DNA of 64,000 nt from Octopus vulgaris. Its lineage: Eukaryota. The notes below the pieces were generated by a model that was not told where the DNA came from, searched no databases, and saw nothing but the letters and a program-made list of their open reading frames with translations. Numbering within the stretch: position 1 is the stretch's first letter; the number at the start of each line of letters is the position of its first letter. The stretch is from positions 22,134,001-22,198,000 of the forward strand of contig OX597821.1 in the NCBI GenBank assembly GCA_951406725.2, read 5' to 3'. Below, in pieces: positions 41,197 to 55,656 of the stretch. Position numbers and translations under genes: made by a program.

Positions 41197-41277
41197 TGTG
41201 ATTATATATAGGGAGAGATAGATAAATGTGTGTGTGTGTGTAATATGAATTAATATGAATATCTATATACGTATGAG

Positions 41278-41345
<68 letters not shown>

Positions 41346-41504
41346 TGAGGGTATGTATGTATATATATATATATATATAATATATGTGTGTGTGTTTGTG
41401 TGTGTGTATGTGTGTGTGTGTGTGTGAATGCATGTATGTATGCATGTATATATATACATGTGTTTGTGTGGGTGCCTGTGTGTACGAACGTACTTATCCT
41501 ATTG

Positions 41505-41549
41505 TTAACACTAACTTACTGAGATTTTTTCTTTCTATTTCAGGTAAGT
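41505..41549 (+). other. Candidate recursive splice site (3'SS abutting 5'SS) at 41543/41544
   Basis: aCTAAC branch point 41510-41515, ttttttctttctattt tract 41525-41540, CAG|GTAAGT. Confidence 0.55.
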
Positions 41550-41920
41550 ACAACTCATTTACGGACTATAAATTTAATGTTCATTTTCTTTCGCATCCCC
41601 TGCTGGCTGTATCATATAAAATACAGTTGATGGTGAATTCTGAAGAAATATTACAGAATATTCTAAAGAATGTGAAATCTACAGCTGCTATAAAGTCGGT
41701 ATATTGTGGAACTATTTCTAAAATCTTTTCAGCTCTTTTTTTTTTTTTTTCCAGAAATACATTATATAGAATATGTAACTGATAAATATCTTGTGCTATC
41801 ATATATATATATACACATACATACACGCATGAATATATATAGAGAGAGATAGATAGATATAATCGATGCGCATATATATGTATGTATATATATACGTGCA
41901 TACAGAAATATATATATATG

Positions 41921-42001
<81 letters not shown>

Positions 42002-42554
42002 ATGTATATATGTATATATATATATGAATGTATATAATATGCATATGTGTGTGTGAATATATTTATGTATATACATATATATATATATATATATATGTAT
42101 ATGTATGTATGTAAGTATGTATGTATGTATGTACGTGTGTGTGTGTGCGTGTGTGTATATATGTACGTATATACACACACAGAGACACACACATATATAA
42201 TATAGAACAGTATACGTATCCCTACATATACATTTATCTATATCTCTCTCTCTCTTTCACTCTCTCTCCCTCTTTCTTCCCCCCTCGCACTCCCTCTTCT
42301 CCCAGTTTCTCTTTGTGGCAGAGATTTTTCTGTATAACTGCCACAAACAAACGCCTATTTCTCCATTACTCTTGTTACAATTTTCTTTCTTTTTTTTTTC
42401 CTCTCTACGCTTTTCTTTCTGTCAAAATTTTCTGAAGATGATCCTAAACTCGACACGTCAAGGACATTTATCTTTCTTTTGTCTCAATGAGATTCTCAAT
42501 GTTCTCATTTTGTCTTCCATAATGTTAATCTCGTATTTATTATTTTTTTTAATG

Positions 42555-42619
<65 letters not shown>

Positions 42620-42707
42620 GTGAGTGTATGTGTGTGTGTGTGTGTGCGAGTAGGTAACAAACGACAAAGTTGAAGATGGAAATAACAGTAGAACTTCATT
42701 ATAAAAT

Positions 42708-42832
42708 CTGTTACAATCGTTTCCGTGGCATTTCACTTCAAACCATATTGCACATAAATATTATGTGTCAAGTCACATAAATTGTACATGAATCTAATAG
42801 AGAAAAGTGACGTATGACTCCTCTTCAGACAA
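42708..42832 (-). ncRNA. Hammerhead-like core with long stem II region
   Basis: Minus strand ttgt-CTGAAGA-(~98 nt)-GAAA-c(gatt)g-TA-acag. Confidence 0.5.
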
Positions 42833-42849
42833 CGTGTCATAGCTAACAT

Positions 42850-43109
<260 letters not shown>

Positions 43110-43544
43110 CTGCACAAATAAATATATTACCCAATGAGATCCCAAAACAGTCTTAGGTTCACGTTATATTTTTGTATGTTTTAAAATTTTATTGTTTTAT
43201 AATGTTACATATTTTGATAATACAAGTACATCCATGCTTTGAGCAATCTTCAGGTTTATGCAGTGGTATCCGACAATTGTTTCATAATTAATAACTGTAA
43301 TGAAATGACGTAATTTGTCCTTTAATTACCTTCCGATAGGCTTCCGTAAGCTGAATTTTACGAACTGTAGTTCAATCCATCAATCTGCACACACACAGAT
43401 TTACGTATACATATATATATATATAGTGAGAGAGAGAAAGAGACAGAGAGAGAGATGCCAGTATTGAGAATATAGTTTATAAAAGATTGTGTGAAAGTAA
43501 GCTTCATGTAGGTATTAGTAAAATTTTACGGAATATATTAATTT

Positions 43545-43905
43545 TTTGTTGCCCACAAGGGGCTAAACATAGAGGGGACAAGCAAGGACAGAAAATGGGA
43601 TTAAGTCGATTACATCTACCCCAGTGCGTAAGTGGTACTTAATTAATAGATCCTGAAAGGATGGAAGGCAAAGTCGACCTCGGCGGAATTTGAACTCAGA
43701 ACGTCGCGGCAGACGAAATACCTATTTCTTTACTCCCCACAAGGGGCTAAACACAGAGAGGACAAACAAGGACAGACAAACGGATTAAGTCGATTATATC
43801 GATCCCAGTGCGTAACTGGTACTTATTTGATCGACCCCGAAAGGATGAAAGGCAAAGTCAGCCTCGGCGGAATTTGAAACGTGCTAACGTTTCTGCCAGC
43901 TCGCC
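43545..43905 (-). mobile_element. Head-to-tail dimer of the family B alternative-tail SINE
   Basis: Units 43545-43722 and 43723-43905. Confidence 0.88.
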
Positions 43906-44570
43906 GGTTAATGTCTTTGCTGTTTGTTCTGCCGTTGTCTGATACAAAAACAGAACACCTCCCGTAAACGCAAAAGCAATAAATATTTGGTATATGTATT
44001 CTTGTAACATAGTATCAGCAGCTAGTGAGAGCTCTGTTTTTATTGCTGTTACAACGTGTGCAGTTTCTCGCTGAGATAAAAACGACAGCTGCGTACTCCG
44101 GGTGAATAGTTATGTATTATTCGAGAATGCTCTAAGTATAGTGAGGGAAGCGTTTCCTTAACCCTGGAGTGTACATATAAAGAAAATGGAGATTTCTTTT
44201 GCCTTTGACTGAAGAAGCGCCTATATTGGGAAAGCATCTGAAGTCATTACCTGTAAGCCGTGTGTACTTTGGAATATCATAAACTGGAATGAGAATCTCA
44301 TATACAACCATGGCATTGGAGAATTGGGAAGGCATAATCCATTGGTGTGGGCAGAGGATTTGACATTGGAAGCTGATTTCGGTATTAAAGGTGAAAGCTG
44401 TGTGGGTGTAAGTTTTTAATGTTACTGCGAGTGATATTAGACATGATATTGTTTGAGTATGAGTAGTTTACGCACATTATAAATGTTTATTGTTTATGAT
44501 TATTATGTTTATTATTTATTATACGCGCTCGGAATGTGTTGCGTAATTAGAGATGCGAAATTCCCAGCTT

Positions 44571-44638
<68 letters not shown>

Positions 44639-44649
44639 TGTAGCAGATA

Positions 44650-44720
44650 CAGCGTACTAAGTACGACTATCTGTAAGTACAACTATCTGTAAGTACGACT
44701 ATCTGTAAGTACGACTTACT
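44650..44720. repeat. 16-bp tandem repeat (aagtacgactatctgt) x3
   Basis: Direct reading. Confidence 0.9.
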
Positions 44721-44813
44721 TATGTCCATACAATAACAGTTTTATTGTTACATGGAAATTGAAGTACCTTACATGGTTAATACCTTAAGGGTGAGTATAC
44801 TCTGCTGATATGT

Positions 44814-44880
<67 letters not shown>

Positions 44881-45583
44881 CAGCGTGCTATGACAGAGCA
44901 TTTTGAGAATTTTGCATCGCAATTGCCGGATTCGATTGAATTGATTGATATCTTGAGCAAGTGATTTTGTCCTTGCCTAGCTTCGTTCAAAGCCTTATGA
45001 ATGAAATTAGGTTGGCATAACCTGTTCTGAAGCTCACTGGAGGAATGATTGTATGGATGGATGGATGGATGGATGGATGGATGGATGGATGGATGGATGG
45101 ATGGATGGATGGATGGATGGATTGATGGATGGTACCTTAAATGGGTGATACTTTAAATTTTAAAGGTCTGCCATTGTCAAACGCTGCGTCACACTGATTG
45201 TGTGTGAAGATTACGTTAACTACATACATGCAAATTTAGTGTGTAAGGATTCCAATCAACCGTTGCATCTAGTTTCTCTAGTATAAAGTATATTAAATTC
45301 TGCTGTCTTTCTTTTATTTCTTGCTCGTCAACTTTAATCTGAAAAAGAGTCCGAAACGTCGAATATTCCACTCTCCACCGCAATTTCACTGTACACCTTC
45401 TGCTACTTTTTCTAACTTATACAAATTTTGAAATGTACCATCAGCATTCTTATTGGATTCAGTTATGTCTTACGTGTGTGCGTGCATGTGTGTGTGTGTA
45501 TGCATGTATGTGTGCGTGTGTGTGTGTGTGTATATATATATATATTATATGCATACATATTTTACATATATATATATTATATA

Positions 45584-45763
45584 TGTGTGGTAAGTAGCTT
45601 GCTTACCAACCACATGGCTCTGGGTTCAATCCCACTGCGTGGCACCTTATGGCAAGTGCCTTCTGCTTTAGCCTCAGACCGACAAAAGCCTTGTGAGTAG
45701 ATTTGGTAGATGAAACTGAAAGAAGCCCGTCGTATTTATATGTATGTGTGTGTGTATGCGTTT

Positions 45764-45819
<56 letters not shown>

Positions 45820-46023
45820 GTGTGTCTGTGCTTGTCCCCCCACCACCATCGCTTGACAACCGATGTTGGTGTGTTTAGTACCCGTAACTTAGCGGTTCGC
45901 CGAAAGAGACCGATAGAATAAGTACTATGCTTACAAAGAATAAGTCCTGGGGCCGATTTGTTCGACTAAAGGTGGTGCTCCAGCATGACCTCAGTCAAAT
46001 GACTGAAACAAATAAAAGAATAA

Positions 46024-46025
<2 letters not shown>
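45584..46025 (+). mobile_element. SINE family A, slightly 5'-truncated
   Basis: Family match with expanded internal (TG)(AG) tract. Confidence 0.88.
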
Positions 46026-46072
<47 letters not shown>

Positions 46073-46203
46073 GAAGTGAAATCACTGTACATAAAAGCAC
46101 GTCAGTCCCAAAACGCAAACTTTGAGATAGCGTGTATCTAACTTGCTGGCTAGTGTATCTAACTTGCTGGCTAGCGCGATATCTCATCATAAATATACGT
46201 ATG

Positions 46204-46261
<58 letters not shown>

Positions 46262-46937
46262 ATAGTACATACATACATACGAATCTAGTAAGATTGCATC
46301 AGAACCTGATTCCTATTAAAATGAATGAAAAACGAGACGATAATCCGCAACCGTTCCGTTCTTCTTTTAAAACAATGAATGGTTCTCGATATCTCCTTTC
46401 TTTTCTTTCATTCATTCTTTCTTACTTCCTTTTGTTCTTTCTTTCTTTCTTTTGTTCTTTCTTTCTTTCTGTTCTCATGTGTATGTTTCTTTCTTTATTC
46501 CCTCGTCTTTTTAAATATTTTATTTTCCACCATTCAAGCCAACATTCTCACATTCGCCCAGCCAGCGAACCAGCCAGCTAGCCATCTATCCACAAAGCCC
46601 GGTATTTAATCATTGTTAATCTATCCTGGATTTTCACTTTGCCACTAAGTCTTGCTCGAGTTTCACGTGAGTTTGATCACATTCAATGCTGAAAAGCATT
46701 AAAGTTAGACAAAAGTGTGAAAAATACGAGAAGACATAGAAAGAGAGAAGAAAAATATAAAACGAACGCTAAATCTTCTTTAATACCGCCATCTTGCAAA
46801 ATATACAGAACGCAGAATACATGATTAACTAGCATGAATTTCTACTTATTTACTATTATTATTATATATTTTCCTTTTAGCTTCTTTGTTTTTTCGATTG
46901 GTCTTTGTATGCGTCTTTGAGTGTGCGTGCGTGTACA

Positions 46938-47095
46938 GCATGGCCAAGTGGTTAACTAGTTCTATTCCTAAAACAGGTGGTCTCGGGTTTGACTCTACTA
47001 CTTAGCATTCTTGTGCAAGTGTTTCTTCCCGTAACCTCGGACTTATCTAAACCTTTTAAGTGAAACTGAGCAGAATGGAAACTACGTGGAAGCCT
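46938..47095 (+). mobile_element. Old family A-like SINE 5' fragment
   Basis: tggccaagtggttaa..tcttgtgcaagtgtttcttc..ggaaactacgtggaagcc; similar relics at 44940-45040 and 63007-63160. Confidence 0.55.
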
Positions 47096-47329
47096 GTTCG
47101 ATGAACTAAAGCTGTAGCCTCTTCACACATCTGGAAGGACTCCATTTCTGCAAGTACTATTTACATCTAGAGGAGGTTTGTACCTCTGAATAGTACTCGT
47201 TTTATATCCGGAGGAAGTTTGTACCCTCTTATGGTATCTGCTAACATTTGGAGAGAGTCTGGATCAGGCATGGACAGCTTTTTTCAAAAAGTGGGTCACA
47301 CCATGAGACGGGCCGCACTACAACAAAAC

Positions 47330-47545
47330 ATTGGTTTCAAATTTTGGCACAAGGCCTAAAATTTGGAGGGAAGGGACCAGTCGATTATACCGACCCATGT
47401 GCGTAACTGGTACTTATTTCATCGACCCCGAAAGGATCAAAGATAAAGTCGACTTCGGCGGAATTTGAACCCAGAATGCAAAGACGGACGGAGTGCCGCT
47501 GAGTATTTTGCCCAGCATGCTAACGATTCTGCAAGCTCCCCGTCT
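47330..47545 (-). mobile_element. SINE family B, near full length
   Basis: Reverse complement match to 51095-51305. Confidence 0.85.
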
Positions 47546-48690
47546 GCGCTACTACAAATATTGAACATAATCTTTCATTTGGCGCGCCATTCAGAAAGTA
47601 ACAAGGGACACAAGTAGCCTTTGACTCGTCTAGACTCTACCTTCTCATGGTACCTATTAACAGCTAGCTTTATATTTCTACTTACACCAAACACGTCACG
47701 AAAGCTCAAAATCTTAAATAACCAAAGTAATATAAATATACTTATATATTTATATAAATATGAATATACTACATAAGCTTATATATTTATACTTCAAGCT
47801 TAAATAATACATGGCTATAGGTGTCACAATGCGTTGCTGGGTGTCGTTAAGTATCGCTGGGTGTCAGAGTTTCCTTTATCATTTATGAAACGGAGTAAAC
47901 AACACCAACATCAACAACGACAATAAAACAGGAAAATAAAGAAGAAAATATGCTACCTCCTACCATTAACTACCTTCACCTCCTACCTCTTGGCTATCAT
48001 TATCTCTCTTTTGTTGGTTTGTTTTGTTTTGTTTCCAAGATAGGCGACGATGTTGTATCACATGACTTAGCAAATTGTGTTAATTAGTCGACAGCGTTAA
48101 TTGCATATGCAGCTTTTTCTCCCTCCTCTCTCCTATCGGATTGATTCTCCCTTCCACACACCCACGAATTTATCGCTTGACCCCTATCGTCCACGCATAC
48201 ACCGACACAATCGCATACACACATAACCTTACCACTATGTCATGCGCACACACACACACACACACATTCATGCACGCGCGCGCGCACACACACACACACA
48301 CACTCATGCACGCGCGCGCACACACATACACACATACACACACACACACACACACATACCTCTTCAAACCCTACGACTTTGTTGATTGGTTGGCAGATAG
48401 GAGAGAAACAGCACCCACCCACCCTTCAGACGCAGGCGCACATATACACACGAAAATGTCTACTACTTTTCTCTCTCTATCTTTCTCTCCTCTCTCTCTC
48501 TCTCTCTCACTCTCTCTCTTTCTCACTCACTCAATTCATATTTAGAACTGTAGCGTTTTATATGTGTGTATATATATCGCTATGTATGAATGTATGTATG
48601 AGTGCATGTATGTGCGGGTAAACGTGTGTGTATATCCAAGTGTATGTATGTATGTATGTATGTATGTATGTATGTATGTATGTATGTATG

Positions 48691-48724
<34 letters not shown>

Positions 48725-48814
48725 TGTATGTATGTATGTATATATGTATATTGCGAGCTAACAAGCAAGCTAGCTACATAGAAAGATAGATAGATACATA
48801 CATACATACATACA

Positions 48815-48847
<33 letters not shown>

Positions 48848-48971
48848 GCTTATGTATGAATTACATGTGTTTATTATATGTGTTCATGTGTGAATTTATA
48901 TATATATTCATTTATTCTTTTTTTTTTGTGTATTAGTCATTTGACAGCAGTCATGCTGGAGCACCGCCTTA

Positions 48972-49003
<32 letters not shown>

Positions 49004-50004
49004 GTAGAAATATGTTACAAAAAGAAAATATGAAATACACGTGGAAATGTAAGGGTAAAATATGAAAAATCAACGAAAATGCAAATTGCAAATAGAAAAA
49101 GGCTATTTATGACAGGTAACGACAAATATATACATTTAGATTGACTGAGGTAGTAATACGAGTCATAAAAGTCATTATTATGAGATGATTATAAGGTGAT
49201 AATAAAGTAAGAGAACAAAACGAACCAATGTTTTACGCAAAGCTATTCATCGTTTGAACAACACCGGTTGATACACTGTTTCAGGTCTAATAGTTCCTGA
49301 GAAAAAAGATTATTTGTAAGGGAGGTAAGTAGTTCTAGATTTAGAGATGTGAGTGGTGTAGTAAGTGTATAGGGTTTCAATACAGAACACCACTGACTCT
49401 TCAATTGAAACCACTAAACCCTATACACTTATTTTAGCTAATGTAGCTAAGAATATACTACACTTTCTAAGTAATGTATGAAGTTTGCTGGGGTCATAGC
49501 TTGTAAAGGATTGTAGTTCATTTAAAATTTATTAGACATTTTATCAACTACCAAATCTAAGACTAGAGAACTGTGCTTGTTTAGAAAGGAAGGCAGGAGT
49601 GAGTTGACAGCACATAGCTGGGTATGGTCATAAATATTGACAAGATTTCTAGGATTTCTAGGATTTCTGGTTGGATGTTTTGTTTTGAATATATTTTAAA
49701 ACTCCAAACTAGAATGTTCTAAAGGAGAAAGAGAGCCAGGTACAGAAGTAGGAAAGCAGCTGTTCTTATAGAATTTCAGAATCTGGAATGTTTTGCAAGG
49801 TCCAACAACAATATGGTAAAAAGCATATGGTTTGAGATCATCTTTAACATATATACAATCAAATTCATAAAGTATTCTCATAGATGGAATTTCAATAAAA
49901 AAAAAAATTATATATATTAATTTTTGTTGGGGACTTTTTTGTGAAGTAAAGTCATCTTTCGGAACGAATTTTCCTTCACATATTTCCAAATGTTTCCATT
50001 CTTT

Positions 50005-50105
50005 TTTTCAGCGTTTAAATTTGGTGCGAACTTCTTTATGAAGTGTAGCGCCATTGTTTTTCAGAAGTTTGGGTCGTTCCTTGAACATTTGTAGAAGGGG
50101 AAGAT
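50005..50105 (-). pseudogene. PLE GIY-YIG C-terminal relic; 3' region probably extends to ~49200
   Basis: [28 protein letters not shown]. Confidence 0.6.
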
Positions 50106-50215
50106 TTTGAATTTATATATATATGTATGTATGTATATATATATATTTATATGTGACACATACACATATATATATATATACATACAAACATACATATATA
50201 TCTATACACACACAC

Positions 50216-50264
<49 letters not shown>

Positions 50265-50266
<2 letters not shown>

Positions 50267-50556
50267 ATGGAAAACGAACCTCCACCAACTATTCTGCCTA
50301 TAGGCCTGTGCACACCTTTGAATGCAGTGTATGCCAGACGGCTTGCAAATCTAACGGAGGCCTCAAAAGACATTTTGATTATCCACAAAGATCAGAACCT
50401 ACCTGCAGCTCTTCGTGGCCAAAAGCGGATTTGCAGTCTATGTGGGTGTCTTTTCAGAACATTGTATTGTTTAAAAAGCCACATCAGATGCCATGATAGT
50501 TCTAAAGCGTAGGTACAGGATGTAGTTAAACTCTGCATAAAGAGTAGACAACCTTC
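50265..50556 (+). mobile_element. RTE-type LINE 3' end with two C2H2 fingers, between (TA)n tracts
   Basis: [19 protein letters not shown] (frameshift) ..[22 protein letters not shown], then actctgcataaagagt stem-loop. Confidence 0.72.
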
Positions 50557-50655
<99 letters not shown>

Positions 50656-51094
50656 CTTTTTAGTCTGTATTCTTTTACTAGCTCAGTACACGCAAACGCA
50701 TTTCAGGAGAAAGTTGATTTGTTAACAAACGCACATTCACCCACCTCACACGCAAACACGTCCACAAAACTACATTTCCGGATAACGTGCCTACATTCCT
50801 TATCTCTTAATTGGTTTGGTGTTACGACCAGCTTTACTCTTTTCCGTACCCTGCCCCTTACACACACGCAAACATTCACACTTACACACACACACACATG
50901 CACTCATCTACACCCACGCACGTGGACACTAACTTGACGTCAGAATAACGAATACTGTGATATGTCCTTGCATTTAACGTGCTCACCCACCTCCATTCCT
51001 ATGCCACAAGCATAGAGAACACAGTCATGGATACTTACTCTCCTTTGCAATTGTATCCACCGATAAAATGACTTTTAATATTTCAAGTCAATAA

Positions 51095-51523
51095 GGCGGC
51101 GAGCTGGCAGAATCGTTAGCACACCGGGCAAAATGCTTAGCGGCTTTTCATCCGTCTTCATGTTCTGAGTTCCGATTCCGTCGAGGTTGACTTTACCTTT
51201 CATCATTTCGGAGCCGATAAAATAAGTATCAGTCGAGCCCTGGAGTCGATGTAATCGACTTACTTCCTCCCCGAAATTATTGGCCTTTTGCCAAAATGTG
51301 AGACCAATATTTCAAGCCAATAAATCGGCGAGCTGGCAGAATTGTTAGCACGCCGGCTAAATGCTTAGCAGTATTTTGTCCGTCTTAACGGTCTGAGTTC
51401 AAATTCCGTCGGAGACTTTACCTTTCATCCTTTCTGGGCGGATACAATAAGTACCAGTTGAATACTGGGGTCGATTTAATCGACTTAGCCCCTTCCCTGA
51501 AATTGCTAGCCTTGTGCCAAAAT
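51095..51523 (+). mobile_element. Two tandem family B SINEs (51095-51305, 51324-51523)
   Basis: First copy bounded by aatatttcaagtcaataa 51077-51094 / aatatttcaagccaataa 51306-51323. Confidence 0.88.
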
Positions 51524-51966
51524 GTGTGTGTGTATGTATGTGTATGTGTGTATGTGTATGTGTGTGTATGTATGTGTATGTATGTGTGTGTATGTATGTG
51601 TATAAGCGATAGTCTTCTTATTTACCTAAAACTCCATTTAATTATTCTATTTATTCATTTATTTACTTTATCACTGATTCTTTTCACCGCTCCCCTAAGA
51701 AAGACAGCTTGTGCCCTGCTTACCCAAAAAATGTCCCCCACCACCACCCCATTAAACCTGCCTAAATGTATAAATGCCAAAACTTATCTTGACAGCAAGC
51801 TTCCTGATGATTTCATTTGAATGAAACAGTTCTAGTCCTGTAGAAGCTCCTTCTATAAAATAAATAAAATATATATACACATATATATATACACATATAT
51901 ATATATACATATATATATACACACATATATATATATACATATATATATGTACGTATGTATATAGAG

Positions 51967-52035
<69 letters not shown>

Positions 52036-52159
52036 TGTGCATATGTACATATGGGTAATCTTTGTCTTTCAGCGATAAGAAAGCGACTTTTCGAGCGACT
52101 GAACTAACTGTTCGCGGTTTAACTTGAAAATAACTCACAATTCCACAGATACATGTACC

Positions 52160-52339
52160 ATCTACACCGGTACTTAATTTGTAGGTTAATTTTTAAACCC
52201 AGAAAGGATACAGGCAAGGTTGAGCCTGGCGAGAATTCAGCTCAGAACGTAAAGATTCCGAACAAAAAAACGCAAGGGATTTCGTCCGATATTGCTAACG
52301 ATTCTGCCGGCTCACTATACTTAATAATTGATACTACTA

Positions 52340-52377
<38 letters not shown>

Positions 52378-52432
52378 ACTGCCACTACTGCTGCTGCTGC
52401 TGCCGCTGCTACTACTGCTACTACTACTGTTG

Positions 52433-52466
<34 letters not shown>

Positions 52467-52712
52467 GAAGAAGAAGAAGAAGAAGAAGAAGAAGAAGAAG
52501 AAGAAGAAGAAGAACAACAACAACAACAACAACAACCTGAAAATCTAAGAGAGGGTAGTTATTTACATCATTTACATTGCTCCCCTGTCCGTGAGTGGTA
52601 CATTATTTAATGGACCCCGAAGAGATGAAAGTTAAAGTCGACCTCGACAGTATTTGAACTCAGAGCATAAAACCGAAAGAAATACTGCTAAGTATTTTGT
52701 CCAACGCGCTGA
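52160..52712 (-). mobile_element. Two old family B SINEs (52160-52322, 52538-52712) separated by a compound microsatellite
   Basis: Family B core motifs in each. Confidence 0.7.
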
Positions 52713-52717
52713 TTTAT

Positions 52718-52719
<2 letters not shown>

Positions 52720-52779
<60 letters not shown>

Positions 52780-52874
52780 ATAATGAGGTTGATGATGCGG
52801 ATGAAGCCCATCATCATCATCCTCGTTATGATCATCATCATGGAACGTGGTGGCTGTGATGATGATGGTGGTGG

Positions 52875-52937
<63 letters not shown>

Positions 52938-53027
52938 GGATGATGGTGATGATGATGATGGTGATGATGGTGATGATGGTGATGATGGTGACGATGATGA
53001 TGATGGTGATGATGATGATGATGGTGG

Positions 53028-53068
<41 letters not shown>

Positions 53069-53275
53069 GTGATGATGATGCTGATGAGGATGATGGTGAT
53101 GATGATGATGATGATGATGGTGACGATGATGATGGTGATGATGATGATGATGATGATGATGATGAGGAGGAGGAAGAAGAAGAAGAAGAAGAAGAAGAAG
53201 AAGAAGAAGAGGAGGAGGTGAGGAGGTGGGGGTAGGAGGCCGACGACGACGATGAAGATTTATTTGCCACTTGGG
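52720..53275. repeat. (AGT)n, (GAT)n, (GAA)n compound array
   Basis: Direct reading. Confidence 0.97.
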
Positions 53276-53888
53276 AGACGGATGATGTGGACAATAACAA
53301 AGACAAGCCTAAGTGTGAGGATTTACATTGAAAACTCGGATACCACTACTCCTACTCCTACTACTACTACTACTAATAATAATAATACATAATACATAAT
53401 CTGCCATTCATCACTCCGTGTTCTACATCATTACAGATCAGAACTTCAATGACAGGGCTAGGCCATTATTTCGACAGGTAATTCTGTAGAGAAGCTCTGG
53501 AAGTCTTCGATGCCAACCTCTGACCAAAGTTTTGGCAGAACAGATTGTTCTTTAGTAATACATCAACACCCACCTCGTATTGTATTCCTCATTTCCGCGC
53601 ATACTTATACACACACATACATACAGACACAATACACGCACACACACACACACACTTTGCCGCTCTCTCTCTCGCTTTCTATCTGCATGTGTGTGTTCCT
53701 GTGTGTGTGTGTCATACAACTATATATACCTACATACATATAATGACCAACACGTACACACATGTACACCTACATATATATAAATATAGAAAGAGATATA
53801 GAGAGATATAGATATAATATATATGTATGTATATATATATATATATACATACGCACATGCATACATATACACATTTATACATAGGTAT

Positions 53889-53935
<47 letters not shown>

Positions 53936-54087
53936 CATGTGTGTATCTCCTTTCTTCATACATATGTATGCATGCACTTTTGTATATATGTATGCATACA
54001 TACATAAACACACATAAACATGTTTATATATATATATAGTGTACATACGTACATACATATAATATATATGTATTATATATACATATA

Positions 54088-54165
<78 letters not shown>

Positions 54166-54261
54166 CCAGTCGATCTTTCTGTTTGCATATGCATTCATTC
54201 ATATACTTACATGCACAAATATATGCATATATGCTTTACATGTATCATATAAATCATACAC

Positions 54262-54292
<31 letters not shown>

Positions 54293-54786
54293 CATACATA
54301 CATACATACATACTTTTACTTTTTCTTAATAACATCTCAACTGATAAATCATTCGTTTCACGCTTTATGTCTGACCCACTTCAGAAACCAAAAGGTTTTT
54401 ATTTCTGTTAAATTCTGATCTTGTTAAAACATTTTTGCAGAATATACACGAAAACTTTAGAGAAGTCGAATCCTGGATAATATCAACTCATGGCTTACAT
54501 AGTCTTTATCTATGTGGGATATATAGAGAGTGGGGAAGCTATATAGCAGAAAGGCATGGATTTCCCATTTAGTTCGTAATTTGATTTTGCTCAACAGTTG
54601 TTTCAATGGTATTAAACGCCATTATTGCATTATTACTATATTTGTGAAAGTACTGCATTGTTATAACGTAATGTTGTGTTACGATTTATTGTCAGTTGAA
54701 CACTTAATCACCTTGTGTATTCTTTTGTTTATACACACACATGATTTTTTTCCCCTCCGTCTTCCTTTTCTATTGGACTTCCCTCT

Positions 54787-54821
54787 GTTTCTGAAGAAGC
54801 GCTTTGCCCGAAACGTTAAAC
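54787..54821 (+). ncRNA. Minimal type I hammerhead-like fold, canonical core, in a PLE-type repeat fragment (~54600-54930)
   Basis: gttt-CTGAAGA-a-gcgc(ttt)gccc-GAAA-cg-TT-aaac; one stem II mismatch. Confidence 0.65.
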
Positions 54822-54934
54822 CATCTTTCTTTCCTTCCCTGGCGTCTGCTCATACTTTACATGTGCCACGTCCACGCGTTGTTGTTTTTGCGTTTGTTCT
54901 TCGTTTTTTGGGGGGAGGGGTGATTTACTATATT

Positions 54935-55064
54935 TCTACATCTGAGTGAACTGAAGTAATATGAAATAAAGTGTCATGCTCAAGAACACAACAGATCCGG
55001 GAATCAAACTCACAACCTCTCGATCATAAGCTCGACGCTGTAACCACTGAGCCATGCGCCTTCA
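54935..55064 (-). mobile_element. Old tRNA/CORE-like SINE 5' part
   Basis: Minus strand gaaggcgcatggctcagtggtta..gagtttgattcccgga..tcttgagcatgacacttta. Confidence 0.65.
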
Positions 55065-55132
55065 CACACATACACACACACACACACATACACACATACG
55101 CACATACATACATACATACATACATACATACA

Positions 55133-55193
<61 letters not shown>

Positions 55194-55602
55194 CTCCAAA
55201 CTCTAGAACTTTTAAGTGTGTGTATGGACGGATGGATGCATGCATGCATGCATGGATAATTATAATTTTGCATTTGCAATTTCGTTGACCAAAAGTCGTG
55301 CAGTTTGTTAAGTTGAAACAGTTTTCGTGCATGGAAAATGCAAATAGTTGTTAATGTTACCTTCAGCTGGCCAAATTAAAGCAGTACTCCATTTTGTGGT
55401 ATTGAGTGCATATATACATTCATACATGCGATCATGCTCACATACATGCTTACAAAGATCATACACATATGCACACAAAGTTTTACACATATATACATAT
55501 ATACATACATTAATACACGCATGCATAAATATTTATGGACATTTAAAGAACGTTTGAATCGCCTCTATTTCTCCATCCATTTTTGAGTCTTAAAGACAAT
55601 TC

Positions 55603-55656
<54 letters not shown>

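Noticed and set aside
47120-47260. HTGEK-like zinc-finger array
   Set aside because: Period is ~39 bp rather than 84 bp and there is no CxxC pattern
49696-49989. 97-aa ORF as a gene
   Set aside because: Lies after the PLE endonuclease end; no recognisable motif
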